DNA of 64,000 nucleotides. Origin: Candidatus Woesearchaeota archaeon (lineage in GTDB: Archaea; Nanobdellota; Nanobdellia; SCGC-AAA011-G17; PNOQ01). The position numbers and the translations under genes were made by a program. The DNA lies in the NCBI GenBank assembly GCA_964344655.1, contig CAYFOF010000001.1:159773-223772 (forward strand). Reading direction: 5' to 3'. The notes under the pieces are model-generated. The model was given only the letters and a program-made list of their open reading frames with translations. It was not told where the DNA came from and searched no databases. Shown in pieces: positions 33,775-43,731 of the stretch (position 1 is its first letter; each line of letters begins with the position of its first letter).

Positions 33775-35135
33775 ATTTTAGTTATTTTTTGACCTTCTTT
33801 TGTATCTTTTATTTCATAACCCAGAGAATTAATTTTTTTTCTTAGTTTATCAGATAAATCCCAATTTTTATTTTTTCTTGCCTTCTCTCTTTCTTTTGTT
33901 AGTTCTTTTATCTCTTTGGGAATTGGCTTTTTTTTTGTTTTAGTTAAATCTAATGCTAAAACCTTATCAAATTCTTTTATTAATGATAACTTTTCTTTCC
34001 CCCCCAAATTGGATTTAAGAACATCTTGCAATATCGCTAAAGCTTTGGGCATGTTCAGATCTTGATTTATTGCATTTAAAAATTCTTTTTGATATTTTTT
34101 TGTATTGCCTTTTGAAGTGTTGTCTAATTCTTTTATTTTATTCTTTATTTTTTGTAGTGAATTTTTTGCTGAGTTTAATGCATCTAATGTGAAGTTTAAT
34201 GGCATTCTATATTTTGTTGTTAAACATAGATATCTATAATCCATTGGAGAGTATCCTAGTTCTTCTAATTCTGAAATAGTGTATAATCCTCCTTTAGATT
34301 TAGAAACTTTTTTTCCTTTTGATAGTAAGAATGCTCCGTGTATCCAATAGTTTACGAATTTTTTTCCGGTACTTGCTTCTGATTGTGCTATTTCGTTTGT
34401 GTGATGGATTGGGATGTGATCTTCCCCTCCTGTGTGGATGTCAAAATTTTCCCCCAAATATTTCATAGACATTGCAGAACATTCAATATGCCATCCTGGA
34501 AATCCAGTGCCCCATGGAGAATCCCATTCTTGTTGTCTTTTTTCTTCTTTTTGAGAAAATTTCCATAAAGCAAAATCTGTTTTATTTTTTTTCTCTTTTA
34601 GTTCTATTCTTTTTCCCGCTTCTAATTCTTTAATATTTAATCGTGCAAAATTTGCATAATTTGGAAACTTAGAAGTGTCAAAATAAATTCCGTCTGAAGT
34701 TTTATATGTAAATCCTTTTTTTTCTAGTTTTTTTATTAAGTTTATTTGTTCTTTTAGGTGTTCTGTTGCTTTAGTCCATTTTGTTGGAGATTGAATATTT
34801 AGTTTTTTAAAATCTTCTTTGAAAATTGAAAGATAATGATTTGCAATGTCTGATGCTTTTTTACCTTCTTTCTTTGCAGCCTTTTCCATTTTATCTTCGC
34901 CTTCGTCTGCGTCTGAAGTTAAATGGCCTACATCAGTAACATTCATAATTTGCTTTACTTTTAATCCATTGTATTCTAAAACTCTTCTTAAAATATCTGA
35001 AAAAATGTATGTTCTTAAATTCCCTATATGCTGATACCAGTAAACTGTGGGTCCACAAGAGTATATTCCTGCTTCTCCTTTTTTAATTGGTTTAAATTCT
35101 TCAAGTTTCTTGGATAAGGTATTATAAATTTTCAT
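33771..35135 (-). CDS. cysS: cysteine--tRNA ligase
   Basis: [17 protein letters not shown] (HIGH region), a KVSKSKG (KMSKS-type) motif, and CysRS length and order. Confidence 0.9.
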   Translation of the reverse strand: MKIYNTLSKKLEEFKPIKKGEAGIYSCGPTVYWYQHIGNLRTYIFSDILRRVLEYNGLKVKQIMNVTDVGHLTSDADEGEDKMEKAAKKEGKKASDIANHYLSIFKEDFKKLNIQSPTKWTKATEHLKEQINLIKKLEKKGFTYKTSDGIYFDTSKFPNYANFARLNIKELEAGKRIELKEKKNKTDFALWKFSQKEEKRQQEWDSPWGTGFPGWHIECSAMSMKYLGENFDIHTGGEDHIPIHHTNEIAQSEASTGKKFVNYWIHGAFLLSKGKKVSKSKGGLYTISELEELGYSPMDYRYLCLTTKYRMPLNFTLDALNSAKNSLQKIKNKIKELDNTSKGNTKKYQKEFLNAINQDLNMPKALAILQDVLKSNLGGKEKLSLIKEFDKVLALDLTKTKKKPIPKEIKELTKEREKARKNKNWDLSDKLRKKINSLGYEIKDTKEGQKITKI

Positions 35136-35176
35136 TAGAAATTAAAAAAAGAAAGAAGTTATTTAAAGTTTTGTTT

Positions 35177-35710
35177 TTATGGTTCAACTTCAACAGATAA
35201 TGTTTTCTTTAATTGATATCCTGTATCTGCTACTGTTAAACTTGTAATTTCAACTTTACATCCGCCATGTCCGAGAGTTGTTTCTTTTGTTGTGTCTACC
35301 CTTAGTTTCATTTTTGCGTTTGCACCAGATCTTAAAGTGAATGTGTCAGATGTCGTTGATTCTGTATCTACAAATTTACAATCTAAGTCTATTCCATTTT
35401 CAACTCTTGCTGTTCTTGCTTGAAAATCGAGGGTTTCTCCCTCTAGATTATAAAATATTATTCCTACTTCTGCAGAGCCATCAGTATCCAATGTTGCAGT
35501 ACTTGGAACTATTTTCAATAAGTCTGTTGAATCGGAAAATAGATTTTCTATTTCTTGATCAGACATTTTAAATGCTCTATCTGTTAAATCCATAACATCT
35601 CCCAAGCTAGATCTTACCCATGTTAGTCCTAAAGTAAGTAAAGTTATTCCAATAACAATAACGATGATAGTAGTCATAGAAAGTTCAATTGCACCTTTTT
35701 TTGATTTCAT
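35177..35710 (-). CDS. class III signal peptide (archaeal type IV pilin-like) protein
   Basis: MKSKKG|AIELSMTTIIVIVIGITLLTLGL has a basic N-terminus, Gly at -1, Glu at +3 and a roughly 20-aa hydrophobic helix. A beta-rich domain follows. Confidence 0.65.
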   Translation of the reverse strand: MKSKKGAIELSMTTIIVIVIGITLLTLGLTWVRSSLGDVMDLTDRAFKMSDQEIENLFSDSTDLLKIVPSTATLDTDGSAEVGIIFYNLEGETLDFQARTARVENGIDLDCKFVDTESTTSDTFTLRSGANAKMKLRVDTTKETTLGHGGCKVEITSLTVADTGYQLKKTLSVEVEP

Positions 35711-35756
35711 TTAATTATCACCTCTGTTTTATTTCTGAGATTGTTTATTTATATAA

Positions 35757-37403
35757 TTATTGATTATTTGGAGTGTAATCTATAACTAATTTTGGATCAT
35801 ATTGTTCTCCAGGATATTCTTTCGAGTGTAAATTTAATCCAGAAACAGTAGAGGTTATTGCAATTCCGTGAGGGATGTTTTGTATGTAGGGGGTTAAATT
35901 TATTTTAAATAATTTATTTGGGTTTTGAAAATCGTAATCTAGTATATCTAGAGGAATGTAAAATAATTGTTCTCCTATTTTTCCATGAGCGTTTCTCCAG
36001 GTTGCACTTTCTTCTGTCCAATCTGAATTTAGTTTGTGAATGTAAATTCTAAAGTCACTTAAAGATCCAGTCATGAAATCTCCGTAAAGTTGTAATTCTG
36101 CATTTGTTATGTTTGAATTTAATATTGATTGAGGGATGTTGAATTTTAGTAATGGATGTCTTTCTGTCCATGAAGAAACTCCTGCTCCAACATAATGGTG
36201 GTGTACAAATAAATCTTCTCTTTCTCCATTTACTTCATCTAAAAACTCTTCAGCTCCATCAGACCTTGTATGCCTATGGATGAATGTATCGTCTGTTGGA
36301 GTTAGCGTTATTGTTCCTGGGTCACTAGTTGCTGTGAAGTTTTTTTGATCTTGTGTTGTGTTTATTCTAGTATCATCTGTAACAATTAATTCTAATTTAT
36401 AATTTCCTTCTCCGTGATTAAAAGGAATTGTCCATGGTGGAGAATTTGGAATGTTTTGTACTATGCTTATTAATTCTTCTTGTCCATTCGGATGTACTTT
36501 TATTATCTTTCTTGTGTATGTTGGATCAAAACTTTGTGTTGGTCCTAAAATTCTATTTGTTGGATCTGGAATAAATCCAAAATAACTTTCTGAATCTTGA
36601 GAAGTTGCATTTATTATTAGTTGGGGGCCGTTTAGTATTGGGGTGTTTAGATTTAATCGTGGCCTGTTGCTTGAAATATTAATTCCTAATTGTGTGTTTA
36701 ACCATAATGGTTTGTAATTATCCCAAGTATTTTCTGGACCGATTAAATCCTCTAATAATTCTTGAGTTGGTGTGAATCCAGATGCGGTTGAAAGTATTTT
36801 TAGGATTGGAGAGGAAGTTCCTTGAGATAGTGCGAATAGTCCTACATTAAGTCCTATTGTGTAGGTATTTGTTAACTCTCTTGTTGTTTTTGTTCCATTG
36901 TAAAGTATTCCTGCTCCTGTGTTAACAGATGCTTGAGGAACATAATTTTCCATGAAATTTAGTAATGCTTGTTTATCTGATGTTCCAAAAATAGTATTTA
37001 ATGTAAAATTAGAAACTTCGGTTGAAATCAAATTTATTATATGAGATAATGATTTTGAATTATGATCGAATGATTTTATTGTTGGAAGATGATTTGGTGC
37101 AGAAACTATGAATATGTCATATGAATTGTTTTCACCGTTTACATAGTTTATTGTTGCGTTTGGAATTGGATTATTGTTTTGATCTTTTACTGTAATTTCA
37201 ACTCTTGATCCATCGTCGTTAAATGTTGAAAATCCACTTTGATTTGTTATCTCTTGTTGATGTTCAAGATGTACGTTTGGAAGATTTTCTGTGGGGGTTG
37301 TAGGGTTTCCATCTTTTCCACAACTTGTTAAAGTCATTAATGCACTTAATGTAAGAATTCCGAGTTTTTTTCTTCCTGATTTTACTATTTTTTCTAAACT
37401 CAT
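35757..37403 (-). CDS. lipoprotein with a C-terminal DNRLRE-like domain
   Basis: Lipobox-like LTSCG. The C-terminal region DDTFIHRH..RHPLLKFNIPQSILNSNITNAELQLYGD resembles the DNRLRE domain pattern (D.yv....r.lLkFdl..ip....I..A.L.Ly). Confidence 0.45.
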   Translation of the reverse strand: MSLEKIVKSGRKKLGILTLSALMTLTSCGKDGNPTTPTENLPNVHLEHQQEITNQSGFSTFNDDGSRVEITVKDQNNNPIPNATINYVNGENNSYDIFIVSAPNHLPTIKSFDHNSKSLSHIINLISTEVSNFTLNTIFGTSDKQALLNFMENYVPQASVNTGAGILYNGTKTTRELTNTYTIGLNVGLFALSQGTSSPILKILSTASGFTPTQELLEDLIGPENTWDNYKPLWLNTQLGINISSNRPRLNLNTPILNGPQLIINATSQDSESYFGFIPDPTNRILGPTQSFDPTYTRKIIKVHPNGQEELISIVQNIPNSPPWTIPFNHGEGNYKLELIVTDDTRINTTQDQKNFTATSDPGTITLTPTDDTFIHRHTRSDGAEEFLDEVNGEREDLFVHHHYVGAGVSSWTERHPLLKFNIPQSILNSNITNAELQLYGDFMTGSLSDFRIYIHKLNSDWTEESATWRNAHGKIGEQLFYIPLDILDYDFQNPNKLFKINLTPYIQNIPHGIAITSTVSGLNLHSKEYPGEQYDPKLVIDYTPNNQ

Positions 37404-37448
37404 ACAATTTTTGGAATCATTATTGGTTATTTAAATGTTTAGAAAGTA

Positions 37449-37521
37449 TGGGGCGAGGGGGATTTGAACCCCCGACCTCTAGATCTTCAGTCTAGCGCTC
37501 TCCCAGCTGAGCTACCGCCCC
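37449..37521 (-). tRNA. tRNA-Phe (GAA)
   Basis: A 73-nt cloverleaf: GGGGCGG/TCGCCCC acceptor, GCTC/GAGC D-stem, CTAGA-CTGAAGA-TCTAG anticodon arm, GGGGG-TTCAAAT-CCCCC T-arm and discriminator A. No encoded CCA. Confidence 0.9.
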
Positions 37522-37548
37522 GGGATACTTGTTGGTATTATGTTTCCT

Positions 37549-37559
37549 TTTTAAATATT
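37549..37559 (-). promoter_or_regulatory. TATA-like box (ATATTTAAAAA on the minus strand) about 30 nt upstream of tRNA-Phe
   Basis: Position and sequence are consistent with an archaeal tRNA promoter. Confidence 0.4.
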
Positions 37560-37724
37560 TTCTTTTGATTATGTTTAAAACACAAAGTATTAATAAACTG
37601 GTCAAGTTCTATTTTATTGGGGTGAGTATCAATTAATAGCAATGAAATAGTTTTTTTAGGTACAGCAGGTGGTCAACTTGCAGTAAATAAACAACTTAGG
37701 TCATCTGGAGGTATTGTTATTAGA

Positions 37725-38450
37725 TTGAAAAATGTTCAGTTTCATTTAGATCCTGGTCCGGGTGCCTTGGTTAAAGCCAGAGAATATGGCGTGAGTTTAA
37801 GAGCAAATAATATTATTTTGGCTAGTCATAATCACTTAGATCATTGTAATGATTTAAATGCGGTTATTAGTGCAATGACTCATGATGGTTTGGATAAAAA
37901 TGGAATTTTGATTGGAAGTAAATCTGTTATGGCTGGAGCTGAAGGAGAAAGACCATTTATTACCAGAACTCATAGAAAGTATTTGGATAAATTTTTATCT
38001 TTGGAGCCAGGAAATACGGTTAAGTTTGGCAATGAGATTGAATTAAGAACCTTAAAAACAAAACATAGGGATGTTAATTCTCTTGGATTTAAAATAAAAT
38101 CTGATAAAATTTCTATTGGCTATACAGGAGACACTACTTTTTTCCCAGAATTAATTGATGAATTGAAGGGCACGGATATTTTAATTTTAAATAATTTAGA
38201 ACCTTTTGGATATCGTAGCGATGATCATTTATCTTCTGATGACTCTGTTAGATTAATTTCTGCTATTCGTCCTAGATTGGCTATACTTACTCATTTTGGA
38301 CAGAAAATTTTAGAAGAAAATCCTATTTATCAAGCTAGAGATATTCAAAGAAGAACAAATGTTCAGACTATTGCTGCTAGAGATGGACTAGTTATTGATC
38401 CAATTAGTTTGGCAGCTAGTTTAAGGAAAAGAAAGATAAATGTTGAATAG
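37725..38450 (+). CDS. MBL-fold metallo-hydrolase (true N-terminus probably upstream, see findings)
   Basis: HLDPGPG, SHNHLDHCND (HxHxDH) and a GDT motif. The reading frame is open back to 37626 and encodes the conserved first strand IVFLGTAGG with no canonical start codon. Confidence 0.7.
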   Translation: MKNVQFHLDPGPGALVKAREYGVSLRANNIILASHNHLDHCNDLNAVISAMTHDGLDKNGILIGSKSVMAGAEGERPFITRTHRKYLDKFLSLEPGNTVKFGNEIELRTLKTKHRDVNSLGFKIKSDKISIGYTGDTTFFPELIDELKGTDILILNNLEPFGYRSDDHLSSDDSVRLISAIRPRLAILTHFGQKILEENPIYQARDIQRRTNVQTIAARDGLVIDPISLAASLRKRKINVE

Positions 38451-38488
38451 GAGAAAGTTTTATATACATATTTTTAGGTTTGATTCTA

Positions 38489-40876
38489 ATGGCTTTAGCT
38501 AAAAAATATGATTTTAAGGAAGTTGAAAAAAAATGGATGAAAAAGTGGGAAAAGAGTGGAATCTATAAGTTTCAAATAAATTCGAAGAAGAAAATATATT
38601 CTTTAGATATTCCCCCTCCAACAATTTCTGGAAAATTGCATATGGGTCATGCTTTTGGTGATTCTCAACAAGATTTTTTTGTTAGATTTAAACGTATGAA
38701 TGGTTTTAATGTTTTGAATCCATTTGGAACTGATAATAATGGGTTGCCTACATTAAGATTAATTGAAAAAGAAAAAAAAGTAAATTCAAAATCTATGGGA
38801 AGGGAAAAATTTATTGAATTGTGTAACAAAACGATAAAAGAAGAATTTATTCCGATGTTTTTGGAAGATGCAAAACGATTGGGAATTTCTGCAGACTGGG
38901 ATTTATTTTATTCTACCATTGATGAAAGATCAAGAAGAATTTCTCAAGAATCATTTATTGATTTGTATAAAAAAGGAAGAGAGTATAGGGTTGAATCTCC
39001 TTCTTTGTGGTGTACGGAATGTCAGACTACGATTGCTCAAGTTGAATTAGAAGATAAAGATTTTTCAAGTTTTTTTAATGATATTAAGTTTAGTGTTGAT
39101 GGAAAAGATTTGGTTATTGCTACGACGAGACCAGAACTTTTGCCAGCATGCGTTGCGGTTTTCTATAATCCTTCTGATAAGAGATATAAAAAATTAAAGG
39201 GAAAAATGGCGAAGGTTCCATTGTTTGATTTTGAAGTTCCAATTATGGAAGATGATAAAGTTGATCCTGAGAAGGGAACAGGAATTGTTATGTGTTGTAC
39301 TTTTGGAGATCAAACAGATATGGAATGGCAAAAAAAATATAAGTTACCTATAAAAGAAGCTATTAGTAAAGATGGAAAGCTAACTAAGATTTCCGGAAAA
39401 TATGAAGGATTGAAAGTAGAAGAAGCAAGAAAAAAAATAATTGAAGACTTAAAACAAAATAAATTATTATTGAAACAGGATAAGATTAATCATGCGGTTA
39501 ATACTCATGAAAGGTGTGGACATCCGGTTGAGATTATGACTTCTAAACAATGGTTTATCAAATATTTAGATTTGAAAAAAGATATGATTAAATGGGGTAA
39601 AGAAATTAAGTGGTACCCTGATTACATGAAAAATAGATACGATAATTGGATTAAAGGATTGCAATGGGATTGGAGTATTTCAAGACAAATTCCGTTTGGT
39701 ATCCCATTTCCAGTTTGGTATTGCGGAGAATGTGATGAAGTTATTTTAGCAGATGAAAAACAATTGCCTGTTGATCCTTTAGTTGATAAACCTAAAGTTA
39801 AACAATGTCCTAAATGTAATGGAAAAGAATTTGTTCCTGAAAAAGATATTATGAATACTTGGGCAACTTCGGCATTGACTCCAACTATTGTTAAAGATTT
39901 ATTAAAAGGAACTCCAGCTTATGATAAAATTAAGAATAAGCCTTTTTCTGTTAGAAGAAGTGGGCACGATATTATAACTTTTTGGAATTTTAATACTGTT
40001 GTAAAAAGTAATTTGCATTACAAGAAAAAACCATGGGAAGAATTGTTAATTAATGGTTGGATTTTAGGTAAAGATGGAAAGAAGATGTCTAAATCTAGAG
40101 GCAATGTAATTTCTCCTCAAGAGACTTTAGATTCTTTTGGTGCTGATCCATTAAGATATTTGTCTGCTTCTGCAAAGTTGGGAGATGATGTTTCATTTTC
40201 TGAACAAGAATTGCACAATGGAAAAAAATTAGTTACTAAATTATGGAACGCTAGTAAATTTTCATTAATGCATTTAGAAGATTTTAAAGATGGAAAAATT
40301 AAACTTGAAGCAATTGATCGAGGAATATTATCTAAATTTAATTCTTTGATTAAAGAAATTTCTGAATCATTTGAAAATTATGAGGCATCTAAGTCCCGTA
40401 TGATTTTGGAGATGTTTTTCTGGGGACAATTTTGTGATAATTATTTGGAAATTGCTAAAGATAGATTGTATAATCCAGATGTTAGGGGAATTGAGGAAAG
40501 AAAAAGTGCACAATATGCTTTGAATTATATTTTAGTTAATACTTTGAAATTATTTGCTCCAATAATCCCCTTTATAACTGAAGAAATTTATGTGAATGGG
40601 TTAAATAATAATGAGAGTATTCATGTTTCCTCTTGGCCAGAATATTCTAAAAAATTGGAAGATTCTGGGAACGAGAAAGTTTGGGAAAGATTTATAGAAA
40701 TTTTATCTTTTGTAAGGCAAGAGAAAGCTAAACAAAATAAATCTTTAAAAGAAGAAGTTGTTTTAATATTACCAAAGAAAGATAGAGAGTTGTTATTAGA
40801 ATGTCTTGATGATTTGAAAGCAGTAACTAAATCGAAAGATATTTTAGATGGAAGGAAATTGGAAGTTAAGGTATAA
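38489..40876 (+). CDS. valS: valine--tRNA ligase
   Basis: PPPTISGKLHMGHAFG (ValRS-type HIGH region), FGTDNNGLP, a CP1 editing-domain-sized insertion, and KMSKSRGN. Confidence 0.8.
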   Translation: MALAKKYDFKEVEKKWMKKWEKSGIYKFQINSKKKIYSLDIPPPTISGKLHMGHAFGDSQQDFFVRFKRMNGFNVLNPFGTDNNGLPTLRLIEKEKKVNSKSMGREKFIELCNKTIKEEFIPMFLEDAKRLGISADWDLFYSTIDERSRRISQESFIDLYKKGREYRVESPSLWCTECQTTIAQVELEDKDFSSFFNDIKFSVDGKDLVIATTRPELLPACVAVFYNPSDKRYKKLKGKMAKVPLFDFEVPIMEDDKVDPEKGTGIVMCCTFGDQTDMEWQKKYKLPIKEAISKDGKLTKISGKYEGLKVEEARKKIIEDLKQNKLLLKQDKINHAVNTHERCGHPVEIMTSKQWFIKYLDLKKDMIKWGKEIKWYPDYMKNRYDNWIKGLQWDWSISRQIPFGIPFPVWYCGECDEVILADEKQLPVDPLVDKPKVKQCPKCNGKEFVPEKDIMNTWATSALTPTIVKDLLKGTPAYDKIKNKPFSVRRSGHDIITFWNFNTVVKSNLHYKKKPWEELLINGWILGKDGKKMSKSRGNVISPQETLDSFGADPLRYLSASAKLGDDVSFSEQELHNGKKLVTKLWNASKFSLMHLEDFKDGKIKLEAIDRGILSKFNSLIKEISESFENYEASKSRMILEMFFWGQFCDNYLEIAKDRLYNPDVRGIEERKSAQYALNYILVNTLKLFAPIIPFITEEIYVNGLNNNESIHVSSWPEYSKKLEDSGNEKVWERFIEILSFVRQEKAKQNKSLKEEVVLILPKKDRELLLECLDDLKAVTKSKDILDGRKLEVKV

Positions 40877-41967
40877 TGGACGTAAAAAAGAAAAGGGAAT
40901 TGAGAAATTTAATTAATACTTTAAAAGGTATTAGGGGCAGACATACAGAATTAGTTAGTGTTTATATTCCTGCAGATTATAATATTACTAAAATTATTAA
41001 CCATTTGTCTGAAGAGCAACATACTGCTTCCAATATTAAAGATAAAAGAACAAGACAAAATGTTCAAGATTCTTTAGAGAGGATAATTAGAAAATTAAAA
41101 CTGTATAAAAAAACTCCTGAGAATGGTTTGGCAATTTTTGCAGGGAATGTCAGTGAAAAAGAAAGTCAAATCAACATTGAAGTTTTTAGTGTTGAACCTC
41201 CCGAGCCATTGAATATAAGAATTTATAGATGTGATCAAAGTTTTGTTGTAGATATTTTAGAAGATATGATGGATGATGTTCAAATTTATGCTTTATTGGT
41301 TGTTGATCTTCGGGAAGCAACTATGGGAATTTTGAAAGGGAAGTTGATAAACAAATTAGCAAGTTTTACTTCAGATGTTCCTGGGAAAACAACAAAAGGA
41401 GGACAGTCTCAGCAAAGATATGCTAGGATTAGAGAGGAAGCTGCCCATAATTTCTTTAAGAGAATTGGAAATGCTATGAATGATGAATTTGGGGAGTATA
41501 AAGATTTGAAAGGGATTTTAATTGGTGGTCCGGGTCCGACAAAAGAAACATTTTTCGATGGAGATTATTTACATACTCGTGTTAAAGATAAAGTTTTGGG
41601 ATTAAAAGATTTAAGTTATACTGGTGAATTTGGATTGAAAGAACTTGTCGAGAAAAGTAGTGATTTGTTGGCTGCTGAAGAAGTCATTGAAGAAAAAAAA
41701 TTGATGGAAAAGTTTTTTAATGCTCTTTCTGCAAAAGGAGGGGGAAAGGCAGTGTATAAAGAAAAAGATGTATTGACTGCATTGGAACGTGGTGCCGCAG
41801 ATATTGTTTTATTGTCTGAAGAATTAGATGATGAAAAAATTGATATGTATGAAGAAAAAGCTGAAGCGATAGGTGCAACAGTAAAAGTAATTTCAGTAGA
41901 AACAACAGAAGGTCAACAATTGAAAGAATTTGGTGGGGTTGCTGCAATATTGAGGTTTAAGATATGA
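40876..41967 (+). CDS. prf1: peptide chain release factor aRF1
   Basis: ASNIKDK (NIKS-type) and GGQSQQRYARIREE (GGQ) motifs. Its ATG overlaps the valS stop. Confidence 0.9.
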   Translation: MDVKKKRELRNLINTLKGIRGRHTELVSVYIPADYNITKIINHLSEEQHTASNIKDKRTRQNVQDSLERIIRKLKLYKKTPENGLAIFAGNVSEKESQINIEVFSVEPPEPLNIRIYRCDQSFVVDILEDMMDDVQIYALLVVDLREATMGILKGKLINKLASFTSDVPGKTTKGGQSQQRYARIREEAAHNFFKRIGNAMNDEFGEYKDLKGILIGGPGPTKETFFDGDYLHTRVKDKVLGLKDLSYTGEFGLKELVEKSSDLLAAEEVIEEKKLMEKFFNALSAKGGGKAVYKEKDVLTALERGAADIVLLSEELDDEKIDMYEEKAEAIGATVKVISVETTEGQQLKEFGGVAAILRFKI

Positions 41968-42482
41968 CTGAAGAAAAAAATAAAATTGAGGCGGTATTAT
42001 TTACAACTGGAAGATTTCTTAGTGTTGAAGAAATAAGTAAGATGGCCAGTATTGGAAGTATTGGTTTTATTAAACAAGCTCTTGATGAATTGAAAGAAGA
42101 ATATGCTTCTAAAAATGGTGCTTTAGAAATTGTTAGTGATAAAGAAAGGTGGAAATTAAATATTAGGAAAAATTATTTACATTTAACTGAAAAGTTATTA
42201 AGTGATGCAGAGTTAGATTTGCCTGCTCAAGAAACTTTAGCGGTTATTGCATATAAACAGCCAGCCATACAATCTGATGTTATTAAGACCAGGGGAAATA
42301 AATCTTACGATCATATTAAGAAACTAAAAGAAGAAGGATTTTTGATTTCTGAAAAATTTGGAAGAACTAAGATTTTGAAGTTGACTCAAAAGTTCTATGA
42401 TTACTTTGATGTTATTGAGGACGAGTTGAAAGATAAGTTAACTATTGAGGAAAAGGAAAAGCAAGAAGAGCTTCCACAATAA
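41964..42482 (+). CDS. scpB: segregation and condensation protein B (ScpB)
   Basis: IEAVLFTTGRFLSVEEI and a second wHTH (AQETLAVIAYKQPAIQSDVIKTRG) are typical of ScpB. ATGA coupling to prf1. Confidence 0.75.
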   Translation: MTEEKNKIEAVLFTTGRFLSVEEISKMASIGSIGFIKQALDELKEEYASKNGALEIVSDKERWKLNIRKNYLHLTEKLLSDAELDLPAQETLAVIAYKQPAIQSDVIKTRGNKSYDHIKKLKEEGFLISEKFGRTKILKLTQKFYDYFDVIEDELKDKLTIEEKEKQEELPQ

Positions 42483-42513
42483 GATTTATAACTGTTTTTA
42501 GATTTCCTTTCCC

Positions 42514-43731
42514 ATGGAATTTTTGACTGGAGTGTATTTGTTTTATATACTCACCACAATTTATGTATCTTTATTAGGGTTGATTGTGTATTTTGGTATA
42601 AGAAAAGAGTTTTTTGCAGATCCTGGTGAAGAATTTAATGAAGGATTGACAGTTATAATCCCTGCCTATAATGAAGAGAAAACAATTGGAGCTACAATTC
42701 AAGCAGTGTTAGATAATGGGTACCCAGAAGATAAATTAGAAATTATTGTAGTAAATGATGGGAGCACCGACAAGACTGCAGAAGTTGTTAAGGGATACAA
42801 AAATGTTGTTTTATTTGATAAGCCTAATTCTGGAAAAGCAGATTCTGTGAATCAGGCGATTCAAAAATCTAAGAATGAATTTGTTGCAATTATTGATGCT
42901 GATTCTTATCCTATGAAAAATTCTTTGCGAGAAATTATGAAATATTTTGCCGATGAAAAAGTTGGAGCGGTAACTGGGGCTTGTATGGTTAAGAATACGA
43001 ATAATCTTTTAGAGAAATGCCAAGCGATGGAATATGTTTTAATTGCATGGACTAGAAAAACATTAGACGCATTGCATAGTGTTTTTGTTACTCCAGGTTC
43101 TTTAAGTGCATATAGAAAAAAAGCGTTGAAAGACATTGGAGGAGGATTTGATAAAAACATTATGACTGAAGATATTGAAATTGCTTGGAATCTTTTGAGA
43201 CATAAATGGAAAACTAGGATGGCTACTCGTGCTAAAGTATTTACTTCCGCACCTTCAAAATTTAAACCATGGTATAACCAAAGAATTAGGTGGAATGTCG
43301 GGGGGTTCCAAACTTTAGTTAAACATTGGAATGCATTAGGAAAAAAGAACTATAATATGTTTGGTATTTTTGTTATTCCGTTTTTTATGAGTCATTTGTT
43401 TATTTCATTTACTGGATTTTTTGTTTTTTCTTGGGTGATTTTGGATAAGCTTTATGATTGGTTTTTATTTAGTAGATATTCTGTACAACAAAATTCTGCC
43501 ATTTTAGATTTGTCTGAAATATATTTGTTGCCGAGCGTGTTTACTTATTTTGCAATATTGGTTGTATTATTATTTGGAATGTCAATTTATTTTTCTTTGA
43601 GAACTTTGAAAGAAGCTAAGATTAAGATAGATTTTGCCTTTGTGTTTTACTCTTTATTTTATTTGGCTGCCTTTCCGATACTTTTAATAATTTCACTCTA
43701 TCTCTGGAAGCGAGGATACTCAAAATGGTAA
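42514..43731 (+). CDS. processive family 2 glycosyltransferase (PgaC/IcaA, chitin or cellulose-synthase-like)
   Basis: N-terminal TM, LTVIIPAYNEE, VVNDGSTD, IDADS, TEDIE, and QRIRWNVG (the Q-x-x-RW motif of processive synthases), followed by several C-terminal TM helices. Confidence 0.75.
   Translation: MEFLTGVYLFYILTTIYVSLLGLIVYFGIRKEFFADPGEEFNEGLTVIIPAYNEEKTIGATIQAVLDNGYPEDKLEIIVVNDGSTDKTAEVVKGYKNVVLFDKPNSGKADSVNQAIQKSKNEFVAIIDADSYPMKNSLREIMKYFADEKVGAVTGACMVKNTNNLLEKCQAMEYVLIAWTRKTLDALHSVFVTPGSLSAYRKKALKDIGGGFDKNIMTEDIEIAWNLLRHKWKTRMATRAKVFTSAPSKFKPWYNQRIRWNVGGFQTLVKHWNALGKKNYNMFGIFVIPFFMSHLFISFTGFFVFSWVILDKLYDWFLFSRYSVQQNSAILDLSEIYLLPSVFTYFAILVVLLFGMSIYFSLRTLKEAKIKIDFAFVFYSLFYLAAFPILLIISLYLWKRGYSKW

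Noticed and set aside
37449-37521. tRNA-Phe and tRNA-Ser (57250-57332) as integration sites flanking a genomic island or provirus
   Set aside because: No integrase, transposase or phage-like genes are present, and I found no obvious duplicated tRNA 3' fragment (att-like repeat). The genes between the tRNAs are mostly core housekeeping.
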